DNA of 64,000 nt from Macrostomum hystrix (GCA_950097015.1 CATNEN010000038.1:10726001-10790000), one strand, 5' to 3'; shown: positions 1-14,642, counted from the first letter of the stretch. Made by a program: numbers and translations. Notes: generated from the letters alone by a model not told the origin.

Positions 1-3000
1 AGTGTATTGAGTGACTAAGGCTCTGGAATGGATGCTCAAAGCACAGTGTATTGGGTGACTGAGACTCTGGAATGGACGCTCAAAGCACAGTGTATTGGGT
101 GACTGGGGATCTGGAATGGATGCTCAAAGCACAGTGTATTGAGTGACTGAGACTCTGGAATGGATGCTCAAAGCACAGTGTATTGGGTGACTGAGACTCT
201 GGAATGGATGCTCAAAGCACAGTGTATTGGGTGACTGAGGCTCTGGAATGGATGCTCAAAGCACAGTGTATTGGGTGACTGAGACTCTGGAATGGATGCT
301 CAAAGCACAGTGTATTGGGTGATTGAGGCTCTGGAATGGATGCTCAAAGCACAGTGTATTGGGTGACTGAGGCTCTGGAATGGATGCTCAAAGCACAGTG
401 TATTGAGTGACTGAGACTCTGGAATGGATGTTCAAAGCACAGTGTATTGGTTGACTGAGACTCTGGAATGGATGTTCAAAGCACAGTGTATTGAGTGACT
501 GAGACTCTGGAATGGATGCTCCAAAGCACAGTGTATTGGGTGATTGAGACTCTGGAATGGATGTTCAAAGCACAGTGTATTGAGTGATTGAGACTCTGGA
601 ATGGATGCTCAAAGCACAGTGTATTGGGTGACTGAGACTCTGGAATGGATGCTCAAAGCACAGTGTATTGAGTGATTGAGACTCTGGAATGGATGCTCAA
701 AGCACAGTGTATTGGGTGACTGAGACTCTGGAATGGATGCTCAAAGCACAGTGTATTGAGTGATTGAGACTCTGGAATGGATGCTCAAAGCACAGTGTAT
801 TGGGTGACTGAGACTCTGGAATGGATGCTCAAAGCACAGTGTATTGGGTGATTGAGACTCTGGAATGGATGCTCAAAGCACAGTGTATTGGGTGACTGAG
901 ACTCTGGAATGGATGCTCAAAGCACAGTGTATTGGGTGATTGAGACTCTGGAATGGATGCTCAAAGCACAGTGTATTGGGTGACTGAGACTCTGGAATGG
1001 ATGCTCAAAGCACAGTGTATTGGGTGACTGAGGCTCTGGAATGGATGCTCAAAGCACAGTGTATTGGGTGACTGAGGCTCTGGAATGGATGCTCAAAGCA
1101 CAGTATATTGGGTGACTGAGACTCTGGAATGGATGCTCAAAGCACAGTGTATTGGGTGACTGAGACTCTGGAATGGATGCTCAAAGCACAGTGTATTGGG
1201 TGACTGAGACTCTGGAATGGATGCTCAAAGCACAGTGTATTGGGTGACTGATGCTCTGGAATGGATGCTCAAAGCACAGTATATTGGGTGACTGAGACTC
1301 TGGAATGGATGCTCAAAGCACAGTGTATTGGGTGATTGAGGCTCTGGAATGGATGCTCAAAGCACAGTGTATTGGGTGACTGAGACTCTGGAATGGATGC
1401 TCAAAGCACAGTGTATTGGGTGACTGAGACTCTGGAATGGATGCTCAAAGCACAGTGTATTGGGTGACTGAGACTCTGGAATGGATGCTCAAAGCACAGT
1501 GTATTGGGTGACTGAGACTCTGGAATGGATGCTCAAAGCACAGTGTATTGGGTGACTGAGGCTCTGGAATGGATGCTCAAAGCACAGTGTATTGGGTGAC
1601 TGAGGCTCTGGAATGGATGCTCAAAGCACAGTGTATTGGGTGACTGAGACTCTGGAATGGATGCTCAAAGCACAGTGTATTGGGTGACTGAGACTCTGGA
1701 ATGGATGCTCAAAGCACAGTGTATTGGGTGACTGATGCTCTGGAATGGATGCTCAAAGCACAGTATATTGGGTGACTGAGACTCTGGAATGGATGCTCAA
1801 AGCACAGTGTATTGGGTGATTGAGGCTCTGGAATGGATGCTCAAAGCACAGTGTATTGGGTGACTGAGACTCTGGAATGGATGCTCAAAGCACAGTGTAT
1901 TGGGTGACTGAGACTCTGGAATGGATGCTCAAAGCACAGTGTATTGGGTGACTGAGACTCTGGAATGGATGCTCAAAGCACAGTGTATTGAGTGATTGAG
2001 ACTCTGGAATGGATGCTCAAAGCACAGTGTATTGGGTGACTGAGACTCTGGAATGGATGCTCAAGGCACAGTGTATTGGGTGACTGAGGCTCTGGAATGG
2101 ATGCTCAAAGCACAGTGTATTGAGTGACTGAGGCTCTGGAATGGATGCTCAAAGCACAGTGTATTGGGTGACTGAGACTCTGGAATGGATGCTCAAAGCA
2201 CAGTGTATTGGATGACTGATGCTCTGGAATGGATGCTCGAAGCACAGTGTATTGGGTGACTGAGACTCTGGAATGGATGCTCAAAGCACAGTGTATTGGG
2301 TGACTGAGACTCTGGAATGGATGCTCAAAGCACAGTGTATTGGGTGATTGAGACTCTGGAATGGATGCTCAAAGCACAGTGTATTGGGTGACTGAGGCTC
2401 TGGAATGGATGCTCAAAGCACAGTGTATTGGGTGACTGAGGCTCTGGAATGGATGCTCAAAGCACAGTGTATTGGGTGATTGAGGCTCTGGAATGGATGC
2501 TCAAAGCACAGTGTATTGGGTGACTGAGGCTCTGGAATGGATGCTCAAAGCACAGTGTATTGGGTGACTGAGGCTCTGGAATGGATGCTCAAAGCACAGT
2601 GTATTGGGTGATTGAGACTCTGGAATGGATGCTCAAAGCACAGTGTATTGGGTGACTGAGGCTCTGGAATGGATGCTCAAAGCACAGTGTATTGGGTGAC
2701 TGAGGCTCTGGAATGGATGCTCAAAGCACAGTGTATTGGGTGAGTGAGGCTCTGGAATGGATGCTCAAAGCACAGTGTATTGGGTGACTGAGGCTCTGGA
2801 ATGGATGCTCAAAGCACAGTATATTGGGTGACTGAGACTCTGGAATGGATGCTCAAAGCACAGTGTATTGGATGACTGAGGCTCTGGAATGGATGCTCAA
2901 AGCACAGTGTATTGGGTGATTGAGACTCTGGAATGGATGCTCAAAGCACAGTGTATTGAGTGACTGAGGCTCTGGAATGGATGTTCAAAGCACAGTGTAT

Positions 3001-6000
3001 TGGGTGATTGAGACTCTGGAATGGATGCTCAAAGCACAGTGTATTGGGTGACTGAGACTCTGGAATGGATGCTCAAAGCACAGTGTATTGGATGACTGAG
3101 GCTCTGGAATGGATGCTCAAAGCACAGTGTATTGGGTGACTGAGACTCTGGAATGGATGCTCAAAGCACAGTGTATTGGGTGACTGAGACTCTGGAATGG
3201 ATGCTCAAAGCACAGTGTATTGGGTGACTGAGACTCTGGAATGGATGCTCAAAGCACAGTGTATTGGGTGACTAAGACTCTGGAATGGATGCTCAAAGCA
3301 CAGTGTATTGGGTGACTGAGGCTCTGGAATGGATGCTCAAAGCACAGTGTATTGGGTGACTGAGGCTCTGGAATGGATGCTCAAAGCACAGTGTATTGGG
3401 TGACTGAGGCTCTGGAATGGATGCTCAAAGCACAGTGTATTGGGTGACTGAGGCTCTGGAATGGATGCTCAAAGCACAGTGTATTGGGTGACTGAGACTC
3501 TGGAATGGATGCTCAAAGCACAGTGTATTGGGTGACTGATGCTCTGGAATGGATGCTCAAAGCACAGTGTATTGGGTGACTGATGCTCTGGAATGGATGC
3601 TCAAAGCACAGTGTATTGGATGACTGATGCTCTGGAATGGATGCTCAAAGCACAGTGTATTGAGTGACTGAGACTCTGGAATGGATGCTCAAAGCACAGT
3701 GTATTGGGTGACTGAGACTCTGGAATGGATGCTCAAAGCACAGTGTATTGGGTGACTGAGGCTCTGGAATAGATGCTCAAAGCACAGTGTATTGGGTGAC
3801 TGAGACTCTGGAATGGATGCTCAAAGCACAGTGTATTGGGTGATTGAGGCTCTGGAATGGATGCTCAAAGCACAGTGTATTGGGTGACTGAGGCTCTGGA
3901 ATGGATGCTCAAAGCACAGTGTATTGGGTGACTGAGGCTCTGAAATGGATGCTCAAAGCACAGTGTATTGGTTGACTGAGACTCTGGAATGGATGTTCAA
4001 AGCACAGTGTATTGAGTGACTGAGACTCTGGAATGGATGCTCAAAGCACAGTGTATTGGGTGATTGAGACTCTGGAATGGATGTTCAAAGCACAGTGTAT
4101 TGAGTGATTGAGACTCTGGAATGGATGCTCAAAGCACAGTGTATTGAGTGATTGAGACTCTGGAATGGATGCTCAAAGCACAGTGTATTGGGTGACTGAG
4201 ACTCTGGAATGGATGCTCAAAGCACAGTGTATTGGGTGACTGAGGCTCTGGAATGGATGCTCAAAGCACAGTGTATTGGGTGACTGAGACTCTGGAATGG
4301 ATGCTCAAAGCACAGTGTATTGTGTGATTGAGACTCTGGAATGGATGCTCAAAGCACAGTGTATTGGGTGACTGAGACTCTGGAATGGATGCTCAAAGCA
4401 CAGTGTATTGGGTGACTGAGGCTCTGGAATGGATGCTCAAAGCACAGTGTATTGGGTGACTGAGGCTCTGGAATGGATGCTCAAAGCACAGTATATTGGG
4501 TGACTGAGACTCTGGAATGGATGCTCAAAGCACAGTGTATTGGGTGATTGAGGCTCTGGAATGGATGCTCAAAGCACAGTGTATTGGGTGACTGAGGCTC
4601 TGGAATGGATGCTCAAAGCACAGTGTATTGGGTGATTGAGACTCTGGAATGGATGCTCAAAGCACAGTGTATTGGGTGACTGAGACTTTGGAATGGATGC
4701 TCAAAGCACAGTGTATTGGGTGACTGAGGCTCTGGAATGGATGCTCAAAGCACAGTGTATTGGGTGACTGAGGCTCTGGAATGGATGCTCAAAGCACAGT
4801 GTATTGGGTGACTGAGGCTCTGGAATGGATGCTCAAAGCACAGTGTATTGGGTGACTGATGCTCTGGAATGGATGCTCAAAGCACAGTGTATTGGGTGAC
4901 TGAGACTCTGGAATGGATGCTCAAAGCACAGTGTATTGGGTGACTGAGACTCTGGAATGGATGCTCAAAGCACAGTGTATTGGGTGACTGAGGCTCTGGA
5001 ATGGATGCTCAAAGCACAGTGTATTGGGTGACTGAGACTCTGGAATGGATGTTCAAAGCACAGTGTATTGAGTGACTGAGACTCTGGAATGGATGCTCAA
5101 AGCACAGTGTATTGGGTGATTGAGACTCTGGAATGGATGTTCAAAGCACAGTGTATTGAGTGATTGAGACTCTGGAATGGATGCTCAAAGCACAGTGTAT
5201 TGGGTGACTGAGGCTCTGGAATGGATGCTCAAAGCACAGTGTATTGGGTGACTGAGACTCTGGAATGGATGCTCAAAGCACAGTGTATTGGGTGACTGAG
5301 ACTCTGGAATGGATGCTCAAAGCACAGTGTATTGAGTGATTGAGACTCTGGAATGGATGCTCAAAGCACAGTGTATTGGGTGACTGAGACTCTGGAATGG
5401 ATGCTCAAAGCACAGTGTATTGGATGACTGAGACTCTGGAATGGATGCTCAAAGCACAGTGTATTGGGTGACTGAGGCTCTGGAATGGATGCTCAAAGCA
5501 CAGTGTATTGGGTGATTGAGGCTCTGGAATGGATGCTCAAAGCACAGTGTATTGGGTGACTGAGGCTCTGGAATGGATGCTCAAAGCACAGTGTATTGGG
5601 TGATTGAGACTCTGGAATGGATGCTCAAAGCACAGTGTATTGGGTGACTGAGACTCTGGAATGGATGCTCAAAGCACAGTGTATTGTGTGATTGAGACTC
5701 TGGAATGGATGCTCAAAGCACAGTGTATTGGGTGACTGAGACTCTGGAATGGATGCTCAAAGCACAGTGTATTGGGTGACTGAGGCTCTGGAATGGATGC
5801 TCAAAGCACAGTGTATTGGGTGACTGAGGCTCTGGAATGGATGCTCAAAGCACAGTATATTGGGTGACTGAGACTCTGGAATGGATGCTCAAAGCACAGT
5901 GTATTGGGTGATTGAGGCTCTGGAATGGATGCTCAAAGCACAGTGTATTGGGTGACTGAGGCTCTGGAATGGATGCTCAAAGCACAGTGTATTGGGTGAT

Positions 6001-9000
6001 TGAGACTCTGGAATGGATGCTCAAAGCACAGTGTATTGGGTGACTGAGACTTTGGAATGGATGCTCAAAGCACAGTGTATTGGGTGACTGAGGCTCTGGA
6101 ATGGATGCTCAAAGCACAGTGTATTGGGTGACTGATGCTCTGGAATGGATGCTCAAAGCACAGTGTATTGGGTGACTGAGGCTCTGGAATGGATGCTCAA
6201 AGCACAGTGTATTGGGTGACTGAGGCTCTGGAATGGATGCTCAAAGCACAGTGTATTGGGTGACTGAGGCTCTGGAATGGATGCTCAAAGCACAGTGTAT
6301 TGGGTGACTGAGACTCTGGAATGGATGCTCAAAGCACAGTGTATTGGGTGACTGATGCTCTGGAATGGATGCTCAAAGCACAGTGTATTGGGTGACTGAT
6401 GCTCTGGAATGGATGCTCAAAGCACAGTGTATTGGATGACTGATGCTCTGGAATGGATGCTCAAAGCACAGTGTATTGAGTGACTGAGACTCTGGAATGG
6501 ATGCTCAAAGCACAGTGTATTGGGTGACTGAGACTCTGGAATGGATGCTCAAAGCACAGTGTATTGGGTGACTGAGGCTCTGGAATAGATGCTCAAAGCA
6601 CAGTGTATTGGGTGACTGAGACTCTGGAATGGATGCTCAAAGCACAGTGTATTGGGTGATTGAGGCTCTGGAATGGATGCTCAAAGCACAGTGTATTGGG
6701 TGACTGAGGCTCTGGAATGGATGCTCAAAGCACAGTGTATTGGGTGACTGAGGCTCTGAAATGGATGCTCAAAGCACAGTGTATTGGTTGACTGAGACTC
6801 TGGAATGGATGTTCAAAGCACAGTGTATTGAGTGACTGAGACTCTGGAATGGATGCTCAAAGCACAGTGTATTGGGTGATTGAGACTCTGGAATGGATGT
6901 TCAAAGCACAGTGTATTGAGTGATTGAGACTCTGGAATGGATGCTCAAAGCACAGTGTATTGAGTGATTGAGACTCTGGAATGGATGCTCAAAGCACAGT
7001 GTATTGGGTGACTGAGACTCTGGAATGGATGCTCAAAGCACAGTGTATTGGGTGACTGAGGCTCTGGAATGGATGCTCAAAGCACAGTGTATTGGGTGAC
7101 TGAGACTCTGGAATGGATGCTCAAAGCACAGTGTATTGTGTGATTGAGACTCTGGAATGGATGCTCAAAGCACAGTGTATTGGGTGACTGAGACTCTGGA
7201 ATGGATGCTCAAAGCACAGTGTATTGGGTGACTGAGGCTCTGGAATGGATGCTCAAAGCACAGTGTATTGGGTGACTGAGGCTCTGGAATGGATGCTCAA
7301 AGCACAGTATATTGGGTGACTGAGACTCTGGAATGGATGCTCAAAGCACAGTGTATTGGGTGATTGAGGCTCTGGAATGGATGCTCAAAGCACAGTGTAT
7401 TGGGTGACTGAGGCTCTGGAATGGATGCTCAAAGCACAGTGTATTGGGTGATTGAGACTCTGGAATGGATGCTCAAAGCACAGTGTATTGGGTGACTGAG
7501 ACTTTGGAATGGATGCTCAAAGCACAGTGTATTGGGTGACTGAGGCTCTGGAATGGATGCTCAAAGCACAGTGTATTGGGTGACTGAGGCTCTGGAATGG
7601 ATGCTCAAAGCACAGTGTATTGGGTGACTGAGGCTCTGGAATGGATGCTCAAAGCACAGTGTATTGGGTGACTGATGCTCTGGAATGGATGCTCAAAGCA
7701 CAGTGTATTGGGTGACTGAGACTCTGGAATGGATGCTCAAAGCACAGTGTATTGGGTGACTGAGACTCTGGAATGGATGCTCAAAGCACAGTGTATTGGG
7801 TGACTGAGGCTCTGGAATGGATGCTCAAAGCACAGTGTATTGGGTGACTGAGACTCTGGAATGGATGTTCAAAGCACAGTGTATTGAGTGACTGAGACTC
7901 TGGAATGGATGCTCAAAGCACAGTGTATTGGGTGATTGAGACTCTGGAATGGATGTTCAAAGCACAGTGTATTGAGTGATTGAGACTCTGGAATGGATGC
8001 TCAAAGCACAGTGTATTGGGTGACTGAGGCTCTGGAATGGATGCTCAAAGCACAGTGTATTGGGTGACTGAGACTCTGGAATGGATGCTCAAAGCACAGT
8101 GTATTGGGTGACTGAGACTCTGGAATGGATGCTCAAAGCACAGTGTATTGAGTGATTGAGACTCTGGAATGGATGCTCAAAGCACAGTGTATTGGGTGAC
8201 TGAGACTCTGGAATGGATGCTCAAAGCACAGTGTATTGGATGACTGAGACTCTGGAATGGATGCTCAAAGCACAGTGTATTGGGTGACTGAGGCTCTGGA
8301 ATGGATGCTCAAAGCACAGTGTATTGGGTGATTGAGGCTCTGGAATGGATGCTCAAAGCACAGTGTATTGGGTGACTGAGGCTCTGGAATGGATGCTCAA
8401 AGCACAGTGTATTGGGTGATTGAGACTCTGGAATGGATGCTCAAAGCACAGTGTATTGGGTGACTGAGACTCTGGAATGGATGCTCAAAGCACAGTGTAT
8501 TGTGTGATTGAGACTCTGGAATGGATGCTCAAAGCACAGTGTATTGGGTGACTGAGACTCTGGAATGGATGCTCAAAGCACAGTGTATTGGGTGACTGAG
8601 GCTCTGGAATGGATGCTCAAAGCACAGTGTATTGGGTGACTGAGGCTCTGGAATGGATGCTCAAAGCACAGTATATTGGGTGACTGAGACTCTGGAATGG
8701 ATGCTCAAAGCACAGTGTATTGGGTGATTGAGGCTCTGGAATGGATGCTCAAAGCACAGTGTATTGGGTGATTGAGACTCTGGAATGGATGCTCAAAGCA
8801 CAGTGTATTGGGTGACTGAGACTTTGGAATGGATGCTCAAAGCACAGTGTATTGGGTGACTGAGGCTCTGGAATGGATGCTCAAAGCACAGTGTATTGGG
8901 TGACTGATGCTCTGGAATGGATGCTCAAAGCACAGTGTATTGGGTGACTGAGACTCTGGAATGGATGCTCAAAGCACAGTGTATTGAGTGATTGAGACTC

Positions 9001-10310
9001 TGGAATGGATGCTCAAAGCACAGTGTATTGGGTGACTGAGACTCTGGAATGGATGCTCAAAGCACAGTGTATTGGATGACTGAGACTCTGGAATGGATGC
9101 TCAAAGCACAGTGTATTGGGTGACTGAGGCTCTGGAATGGATGCTCAAAGCACAGTGTATTGGGTGATTGAGGCTCTGGAATGGATGCTCAAAGCACAGT
9201 GTATTGGGTGACTGAGGCTCTGGAATGGATGCTCAAAGCACAGTGTATTGGGTGATTGAGACTCTGGAATGGATGCTCAAAGCACAGTGTATTGGGTGAC
9301 TCAGACTCTGGAATGGATGCTCAAAGCACAGTGTATTGGGTGATTGAGACTCTGGAATGGATGCTCAAAGCACAGTGTATTGGGTGACTCAGACTCTGGA
9401 ATGGATGCTCAAAGCACAGTGTATTGGGTGATTGAGACTCTGGAATGGATGCTCAAAGCACAGTGTATTGGGTGACTGAGACTCTGGAATGGATGCTCAA
9501 AGCACAGTGTATTGGGTGACTGAGACTCTGGAATGGATGCTCAAAGCACAGTGTATTGGGTGACTGAGGCTCTGGAATGGATGCTCAAAGCACAGTGTAT
9601 TGGGTGACTGAGGCTCTGGAATGGATGCTCAAAGCACAGTATATTGGGTGACTGAGACTCTGGAATGGATGCTCAAAGCACAGTGTATTGGGTGATTGAG
9701 GCTCTGGAATGGATGCTCAAAGCACAGTGTATTGGGTGACTGAGGCTCTGGAATGGATGCTCAAAGCACAGTGTATTGGGTGATTGAGACTCTGGAATGG
9801 ATGCTCAAAGCACAGTGTATTGGGTGACTGAGACTTTGGAATGGATGCTCAAAGCACAGTGTATTGGGTGACTGAGGCTCTGGAATGGATGCTCAAAGCA
9901 CAGTGTATTGGGTGACTGATGCTCTGGAATGGATGCTCAAAGCACAGTGTATTGGGTGACTGAGACTCTGGAATGGATGCTCAAAGCACAGTGTATTGAG
10001 TGATTGAGACTCTGGAATGGATGCTCAAAGCACAGTGTATTGGGTGACTGAGACTCTGGAATGGATGCTCAAAGCACAGTGTATTGGGTGACTGAGGCTC
10101 TGGAATGGATGCTCAAAGCACAGTGTATTGGGTGACTGAGGCTCTGGAATGGATGCTCAAAGCACAGTATATTGGGTGACTGAGACTCTGGAATGGATGC
10201 TCAAAGCACAGTGTATTGGGTGACTGAGACTCTGGAATGGATGCTCAAAGCACAGTGTATTGGGTGATTGAGACTCTGGAATGGATGCTCAAAGCACAGT
10301 GTATTGAGTG
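1..10310. repeat. 44-bp tandem satellite, about 234 copies, runs off the left edge
   Basis: Consensus AGTGTATTGGGTGACTGAGRCTCTGGAATGGATGCTCAAAGCAC; phase recurs every 660 bp (15x44); only point variants between units. Confidence 0.99.
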
Positions 10311-10423
10311 AAGTTCTGTACGTCATCAGCCAGGAGCGGACTAGCAGCTCGCGACAGCCTGACAGCGTCAAGTTCAGCGTCTTCATCATTCTGCTGGATC
10401 CAGATGCGTGTTTTTCAATTCAG

Positions 10424-12396
10424 AGGCTGCCAAGGCCGGCGCATGTAGGCGGCGACGGTGGAGGCAGCGGAGGCAGGCAGAATTTTGCGACCACACCAGC
10501 TGGTGAGTTTAATAAGATGGCGAAGCATTTAATATCTCATAGTAGTTTATAGTTACTTACGCCATTTACCCAATAAACTTTTTTACATCTAATTAGATGA
10601 CTAGTATTTTTTTAACTCATTCTGAAGTCTTTGCTACTCCTATCGTAAACCTATCACTATTAATCATTTTCAGACGTTATACAAATACTTTTTTTAAGTG
10701 AAGATTTAGCAAAGCAAGATTTAGTGAGTGGGAAGTGGATTTAGTAAGTGGGAAGTGGATTTAGTTATTGGGAAGTGGATTTAGTGAGTGGGAAGTGGAT
10801 TTAGGGAGTGTGAAGTGGATTTAGTGAGTGGGAAGTGGATTTAGAGAGTGGGAAGTGGATTTAGTGAGTGGGAAGTGGATTTAGTTAATGGCAAGTGGAT
10901 TTAGTGAGTGAGAAGTGGATTTAGGGAGTGTGAAGTGGATTTAGTGAGTGGGAAGTGGATTTAGAGAGTGGGAAGTGGATTTAGTGAGTGGGAAGTGGAT
11001 TTAGTTATTGGGAAGTGGATTTAGTGAGTGGGAAGTGGATTTAGGCAGTGTGAAGTGGATTTAGTGAGTGGGAAGTGGATTTAGTGAGTGGAAAGTGGAT
11101 TTAGGGAGTGAGAAGTGGATTGAGTGAGTGGGAAGTGGATTTAGAGAGTGGGAAGTGGATTTAGGGAGTGGGAAGTGGATTTAGAGAGTGGGAAGTGGAT
11201 TTAGAGAGTGGGAAGTGGATTTAGTGATTGGGAAGTGGATTTAGTGAGTGGGAAGTGGATTTAGGGAGTGGGAAGTGGATTTAGAGAGTGGGAAGTGGAT
11301 TTAGAGAGTGGGAAGTGGATTTAGGGAGTGGGAAGTGGATTTAGTGATTGGGAAGTGGATTTAGTGAGTGGGAAGTGGATTTAGAGAGTCGGAAGCGGAT
11401 TTAGGGAGTGGGAAGTGGATTTAGTGATTGGGAAGTGGATTTAGTGAGTGGGAAGTGGATTTAGTGAGTGGGAAGTGGATTTAGAGAGTGGGAAGCGGAT
11501 TTATTGATTGGGAAGTGGATTTAGTGAGTGGGAAGTGGATTTAGTGAGTGGGAAGTGGATTTAGTGAGTGGGAAGTGGATTTAGTGAGTGGGAAGTGGAT
11601 TTAGTGAGTGGGAAGTGGATTTAGTGAGTGGGAAGTGGATTTAGGGAGTGGGAAGTGGATTTAGTGAGTGGGAAGCGGATTTAGTGAGTGGGAAGTCGAT
11701 TTAGTAAGTGGGAAGTGGATTTAGTGATTCAGAAGCGGATTTAGTGAGTGGGAAGCGGATTTAGTGAGTGGGAAGCGGATTTAGTGAGTGGGTAACGGAT
11801 TTAGTGATTGGGAAGTGGATTTAGTGAGTGGGAAGTGGATTTAGAGAGTGGGAAGTGGATTTAGTGAGTGGGAAGTGGATTTAGGGAGTGGGTAGTGGAT
11901 TTAGGGAGTGGGAAGTGGATTTAGGGAGTGGGTAGTGGATTTAGTGAGTGGGAAGTGGATTTAGGGAGTGGGAAGTGGATTTAGTGAGTGGGAAGTGGAT
12001 TTAGGGAGTGGGAAGTGGATTTAGGGAGTGGGAAGTGGATTTATGGAATGGGAAGTGGATTTAGTGAGTGGGAAGTGGATTTAGGGAGTGGGAAGTGGAT
12101 TTAGTGAGTTGGAAGTGGATTTAGGGAGTGGGAAGTGGATTTAGTGAGTGGGAAGTTGATTTAGGGAGTGGGAAGTGGATTTAGTGAGTGGGAAGTGGAT
12201 TTAGTGAGTGGGAAGTGGATTTGAGCAGTTGGAGTTGATAAGCCCTATATTGTCCTGATTTTAAGGCTACTAAAATGTAATGCTTCAGTCGCCTTTCTCA
12301 ACTCTGCTATAAAAATTTTTTACCAGCTGCAAATTCTGGGTATCCAGCAGCGCATGGATACGATTCTCAAGCCCAACAAAGACTGCAATTCCATCG
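10424..12396 (+). CDS. Two possible internal exons (10424-10502, 12327-12396) of an unidentified gene
   Basis: tttttcaattcag|...cagctg|gtgagt and ttttttaccag|...catcg|gtcagg; phase-compatible join reads RLPRPAHVGGDGGGSGGRQNFATTPAAANSGYPAAHGYDSQAQQRLQFH; no recognisable domain. Confidence 0.35.
10718..12222. repeat. 20-bp G-rich minisatellite (TTAGTGAGTGGGAAGTGGAT), about 75 copies
   Basis: Strict 20-bp period; many units begin TTAGGG. Confidence 0.98.
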
Positions 12397-12978
12397 GTCA
12401 GGAAGTGGATTTCGGATGTGTGTTTAGCGATAAAAGTTTATTTAGCCTCACCATCAAAAGCGGGTTTGGCTCTGCACTGCTCTGATCAAATGGACAACGG
12501 CGAAAAATTATAAAAGTTCTAGAATTCAAAGAGTAATAACATCCCATTCAGAATTTTCAAAGGTTTTCAAAATTTTCAAGGTTTCAGAAGTTCAAGATAA
12601 AAGTACAGAATGTTACGAATTAGCTTATGACTAATAAAAGCAAACGGTTTAAAAGTACATGACTGCAAAAGTACATCAAGTGCAGAAGTACTTGTACTGA
12701 TTGTTAAATTACATATTGCTTAATGATTGGTTTCATAAAACTGCGAAATATCAACCAGCTAAGACAGTTTCAGCAAAAGCAAAACGACAATTGAAATATA
12801 AAAATTGTATAAAAGCCAATTCGATCTGATCGGTTGTTGATTTCGCGGCCGCCAAGATTCGAACCCCAGACCTCTCGGTTTGAGCGAATCGCTTCTCCGC
12901 ATCTTTTTTGTCTATGGCCCTAACCCCAGCCGATGTGAAGAATGCTTGCTTTAACAGTAGAAAGACCATGATGTGTGT

Positions 12979-13562
12979 ATACTTACTTACTTACTTTGCA
13001 GGGGGGCCTGGGGCACCTGACGCACAAACACAGGAACGGCATGCCCCCAGGCCGGCGAACTAGGCGAGAGCCGCCCATCGCGCCGCCTCCCCTGAGCAGG
13101 CACCTCACACACACAGCAGCAAGCCAAGCGGGGAAGGGGGCGGCAGCCGGAGTGCCTCTCACCCCAGGCACACGCACAGAGCAGACCAAGCCGGGGCGGA
13201 AGGCTGATAGAAATCAGTCCTCAGGGGGTGGGCGGGTGACGAGTGTACACTTTATCCAATCGCGCTGACGGAAATCCAGATGAGCGCGCGGCGGTGTACA
13301 CCCGCCCCCCAGCCACCCCCCGCAAGGTCTAACGCCCCAGCGCCAACGCACATAACTCATACACGCAGAACAGGCACACAGAAAGATAGGAGCGAAGCTA
13401 TTTTTCAAGCTTTGATTGCACGAAATATGGTGCACCTCCGCCGGTCGCTACTGTCCAAACCCCCCCAACAAGTACCGAAATTAATCGTGACTTGAAGGGT
13501 GAATCGAACTAGCGTCCTTTGGAGTGCGAGGCAGCGACGTTAGCCGCTGACCCCTCTCGCCC
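12979..13562 (-). mobile_element. Full-length tRNA-derived SINE (family C) with 13-bp TSD
   Basis: Direct repeat CCATGATGTGTGT at 12966-12978 and 13563-13575; minus-strand head GGGCGAGAGGGGTCAGCGGCTAACG...AGTTCGATTC (Pol III A/B boxes); minus-strand tail (GTAA)n at about 12980-12995. Confidence 0.85.
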
Positions 13563-13977
13563 CCATGATGTGTGTGTATGGTCCGTATCTCTTTAAGTAT
13601 TCAACCAATGGCAATGCTATCCCAAAACACGGACTCACATTTTCCGTTTCGGTCCAATAAGGCAACTCCGACAAGAATCGCAGAATATTTGGACGATGCT
13701 GACTCGGGCGGTGAAAAACTTCGATCCGTATGGTGGGATTTCACTAAAATGTGTCATTCTGTTGGGAGCTATCGAGACAGTGGGAGACGTAGGCAGTGGG
13801 AATTTGAAATACCCCGTGGTCTTTGTCCAGGGTGGATGGCGTGGTCTTTCTCCAGGGGGGATGGCATGGTCTTTCTCCAGGGCGATGGCGGGGTCTTTCT
13901 CCAGGGGGGGATGGCGTGGTCTTTCTATTGCTAAGCAAGTCTAATGGTCGTTTAGGTTACTCAGGAAAATCGCCAAA

Positions 13978-14596
13978 TCAGTCTTCCCCCTGGGGACCTG
14001 TCGCAGAAGCTCCTGAAGCCAGCGGCTGTTCCGTGATAAGCACCCGCTGGTTGACATTGTAGCGGCAGTGAAGCCGGCCCTCGGAGGTGAACACGACCGC
14101 CTCGCGGCCAGTGGCCAGGCACTGGGTGAATCCGCGCCGGTTCAGCAGTACAGTCCGCACATCCGGGATCACGATGGGCGACGCCTGCTGGCTCCAGCGA
14201 CCGTCCGAGTCGCGGGGTCGAAACACCGCCTTGCCCGAGATCCGGCTGACAACGGAGAACTCGCAGTCAATCTCCTGCTCATCCAGCAGGATTTGCACCT
14301 TGGTGGTGGCGTTGCGTGGCACTGGGACACTCGTGTTCAGGCTCCACTTGACCTTCTCGACCTCCGTACTCTCAGTGCCGCTGCTTAGTTGCAGGCTCAG
14401 CTTCGCCCCGATGCCGACTTTTGCCACGGAATTCGGCGGTGTGATGTTCAGCGACACCGAGCCCTCGCGTGTAAAGCAGCGCTGCATTGTCACCTGCGGA
14501 AACCAGAATTGTTTGGCACCAGAATGAGTCCACTAACCAAAATTATTTCATGCAGACTGACAGACAGACAGGCAGAAAGAAAGACAGGCAGGCAGG

Positions 14597-14627
<31 letters not shown>

Positions 14628-14642
14628 GCAGACAGACAGACT

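Noticed and set aside
1-10310. CRISPR-like appearance of the 44-bp array (also the 30-, 33- and 39-bp arrays)
   Set aside because: Head-to-tail units with no unique spacers, no cas genes, eukaryotic context.
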